From: a virus
Taxonomy: Duplodnaviria; Caudoviricetes
DNA: 24,786 nt
IMG/VR virus record: IMGVR_UViG_3300042197_000917
Coordinates: 1 to 24,786 of that record
Reading direction: 5' to 3' (one strand)
Numbering within the stretch: the first letter of the stretch is position 1; each line of letters begins with the position of its first letter. This document shows positions 22,722 through 24,786 of this stretch, piece after piece. Under the pieces are notes generated by a model that was given only the letters and a program-made list of their open reading frames with translations, searched no databases and had not been told where the DNA came from. Position numbers and translations under genes: made by a program.

Positions 22722-22945
22722 ACAATAAAAGGTTCTAATTCTGATTGAGGTAAAATTTGCTGTGCAGCTAATTGCAAATCATCTGCCAGTCTCACATGAG
22801 GAACATTTACAGTTTCGGGATTAATGTATTTAACTTGACGGTAGGTTCTGGTTGTATCAAATTGAACTAACATAGCAGCATCTTGAATGCTTGAACAATC
22901 AGCAATTTTTCTACCGTGTTTATCAAACACCGAATAATAATTCAA
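22718..22945 (-). CDS. Hypothetical protein (75 aa)
   Basis: ATGA-coupled to both neighbours. Confidence 0.7.
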   Translation of the reverse strand: MNYYSVFDKHGRKIADCSSIQDAAMLVQFDTTRTYRQVKYINPETVNVPHVRLADDLQLAAQQILPQSELEPFIV

Positions 22946-24318
22946 AACTTAAATCCCTCAAAAGATTTCTTTGGTTTCTTTTCTTCGTAATCATACTCCT
23001 CTTCTTTACGATTGTCAAGGATATCTTCTTGAGCAGACTGTTCACAATCATAGAGACGCATCTTAGCACGATCAATACCAACCACAAAACGTTTATGAAT
23101 CGTAGGATCGTTATAACGATTCTTCAATTGTTTTACAAGAATCTGTCCAAGTCCTTCAAGGTCTTCTGTGCTAATAAGAGCAAACATAAGATCGGCAGTA
23201 GCAGGAAGGCCAAAGGATTCAGAAGTATCAGTAAGTTCAACATCAGAGCTACCATAACCTGAACGAGTAGTCTGGGTTGCAGAGACGATTGGTACGTTGA
23301 ATTCAACTGCGAGTCCTCTAAGTTCTTCAGCAATGGCCTTGATGTACGAATAAGAGTTAACAGAAAGATTTCCCCGATACCTAGAGGAAGCACAGATGTT
23401 AAGGTAATCAATAAAAATAATATCAGGTCTAAATGACTTCTTAAGTGCAAGTTCATTAAGAAGTGATTTAAAGTGTCCACTATGCGCTGATGCAGTTGGA
23501 TACTCTTTAATTATAAGAGTACCTTGAGTCTTCTTAGCAAGGTTTGTTACTTTGTTTTCGAAGATTTGCCTCGGTAGTTCTGAGATTTCTTGGATCGGGA
23601 CGTTGAGGAGATTTGCATCAACTCGTTCTGCAATTCGCTCCTCAGCCATTTCAAGAGTGATATAGAGAACGTTTCTGCCTTGCAGTAAGACGGAAGCAGC
23701 CACATGGCACATGAATAAAGATTTTCCGACACCTGTACCAGCAAGAGCGATGTTGAGAGTCTTATTAGGGAGACCACCTTTTGTGATCTTGTTAAAGAAC
23801 TCAAGGTCGAACTCAATTTTTTCTTCCTTTTTGTGATATGACTCGTAACGTTGCTCATAGTCTTCTAGGTAATCGTGTCCAACATGAGTGTCAAAAGAAA
23901 CTGCAAGAGCATCTGACAGAATACTAGGAATACTGTCACGATTTTTCTTTTCATCTTTACCATCTGCAATATGAATAGACTCCATCAGAGCCAAATAAAT
24001 TGCACGATCACGACACCACTTTTCTGTAGTGTCCACAATCCAATTAAACTCAACAGCAACATCTTCAAGATTGTCAATCAAGTGAACAATCTCTTTGAAT
24101 GATGTGTCAGTGATATCTTTACGATTCTCTACTTCAATACAAAGGATTTCCTTTGTTGCAAGTTTATTATATTCTTGCACAAAGGAAACAATCTCCTCAA
24201 AAACAATCTTTTGATTTATATCTTCAAAGTAATCTGGTTTGATAAACGGTAAAACTTTCCTTAAATATTCTTCATTGTGTAAAAGGTTTCTAAGAATTAG
24301 AAACTCAACTTTCTCCAT
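22942..24318 (-). CDS. gp41: Replicative DNA helicase (T4 gp41-like)
   Basis: AGTGVGKS Walker A, TLEMAEE, IDYLNI, ATQTTR, QLKNRY. Confidence 0.96.
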   Translation of the reverse strand: MEKVEFLILRNLLHNEEYLRKVLPFIKPDYFEDINQKIVFEEIVSFVQEYNKLATKEILCIEVENRKDITDTSFKEIVHLIDNLEDVAVEFNWIVDTTEKWCRDRAIYLALMESIHIADGKDEKKNRDSIPSILSDALAVSFDTHVGHDYLEDYEQRYESYHKKEEKIEFDLEFFNKITKGGLPNKTLNIALAGTGVGKSLFMCHVAASVLLQGRNVLYITLEMAEERIAERVDANLLNVPIQEISELPRQIFENKVTNLAKKTQGTLIIKEYPTASAHSGHFKSLLNELALKKSFRPDIIFIDYLNICASSRYRGNLSVNSYSYIKAIAEELRGLAVEFNVPIVSATQTTRSGYGSSDVELTDTSESFGLPATADLMFALISTEDLEGLGQILVKQLKNRYNDPTIHKRFVVGIDRAKMRLYDCEQSAQEDILDNRKEEEYDYEEKKPKKSFEGFKF

Positions 24319-24786
24319 AACTAAATTCCTTTCTTGCGATTTCGTCCAACTTTTGCATTACTTCTTCAGTAAAATATTCCTCGGGATTTGCAAGAATCTG
24401 TTTTGCATAGATCTTCTTACCATCCATCTCATAGCGTCCTGCTACATTTTTCCAGAGTCCACCAATCTCACCAAGTTCCAGAAGACCATAGTAACGATCA
24501 AGGCCGCGCTCATCATAATACAGACGAACTTCAACATCTTTGTTTTCCTTACTCAGACGCGACTTAGCAGTCTTAGCTTTGATAATATTGCCGACCACTT
24601 CTGTTCCATCTTTCTCTTTCTTTTTGCTGAGATAGATGATCGTAGACGCTGCGTACTTGAGTCCAGAACCTCCGCCCATTTCTTTCGTTGGTACGTAAGC
24701 TCCGATGACATCGTATGTATGATTTGTGACAATGAGCGGGACATTTGCTTGACCTAATTTGAGTGTGAGCATTCGGAATGCACCTT
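24305..24786 (-). CDS. uvsX: RecA-like recombinase, 5'-truncated by the window edge
   Basis: [30 protein letters not shown]; lies upstream of gp41 as in T4-like phages. Confidence 0.93.
   Translation of the reverse strand, partial: GAFRMLTLKLGQANVPLIVTNHTYDVIGAYVPTKEMGGGSGLKYAASTIIYLSKKKEKDGTEVVGNIIKAKTAKSRLSKENKDVEVRLYYDERGLDRYYGLLELGEIGGLWKNVAGRYEMDGKKIYAKQILANPEEYFTEEVMQKLDEIARKEFSYGES

Noticed and set aside
81-24757. All plus-strand ORFs in the track (e.g. 81-455, 650-1237, 15436-15858, 24239-24757)
   Set aside because: They are antisense shadows of well-supported minus-strand genes or tRNAs, with no recognisable motifs.

Overview
A 24.8 kb segment of a T4-like cyanomyovirus (Kyanoviridae-like) genome; all supported genes lie on the minus strand. 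In transcription order (right to left): uvsX (partial), gp41 helicase, mazG, tRNA-Ala, a putative PD-(D/E)xK nuclease, a cytidylyltransferase-like protein, probable virion/internal proteins, gp61 primase, nrdA/nrdB, a GIY-YIG-like protein and a tail-lysozyme-like muramidase with a structured leader. Next comes a tRNA-rich accessory region (8 more tRNAs including Ile-UAU) interspersed with AT-rich tailoring enzymes (carbamoyltransferase, flavin-dependent halogenase-like, HD-like/2OG-Fe(II) oxygenase fusion), small membrane ORFs and an orphan Phd/YefM-like protein. The window ends with a modular manA-like structured RNA and a translationally coupled epimerase-nadE-ugd-GT11 operon. The most notable signals are: (1) the repeated pseudoknot-module RNA split by an ORF; (2) the promoter/terminator/structured leader stack ahead of the lysozyme; (3) a 21-bp promoter/terminator duplication bracketing the oxygenase gene; (4) a capsid-targeting-like N-terminus on the nucleotidyltransferase, together with a phage NadE. 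Family calls come from motif recognition by eye; no database searches were run.
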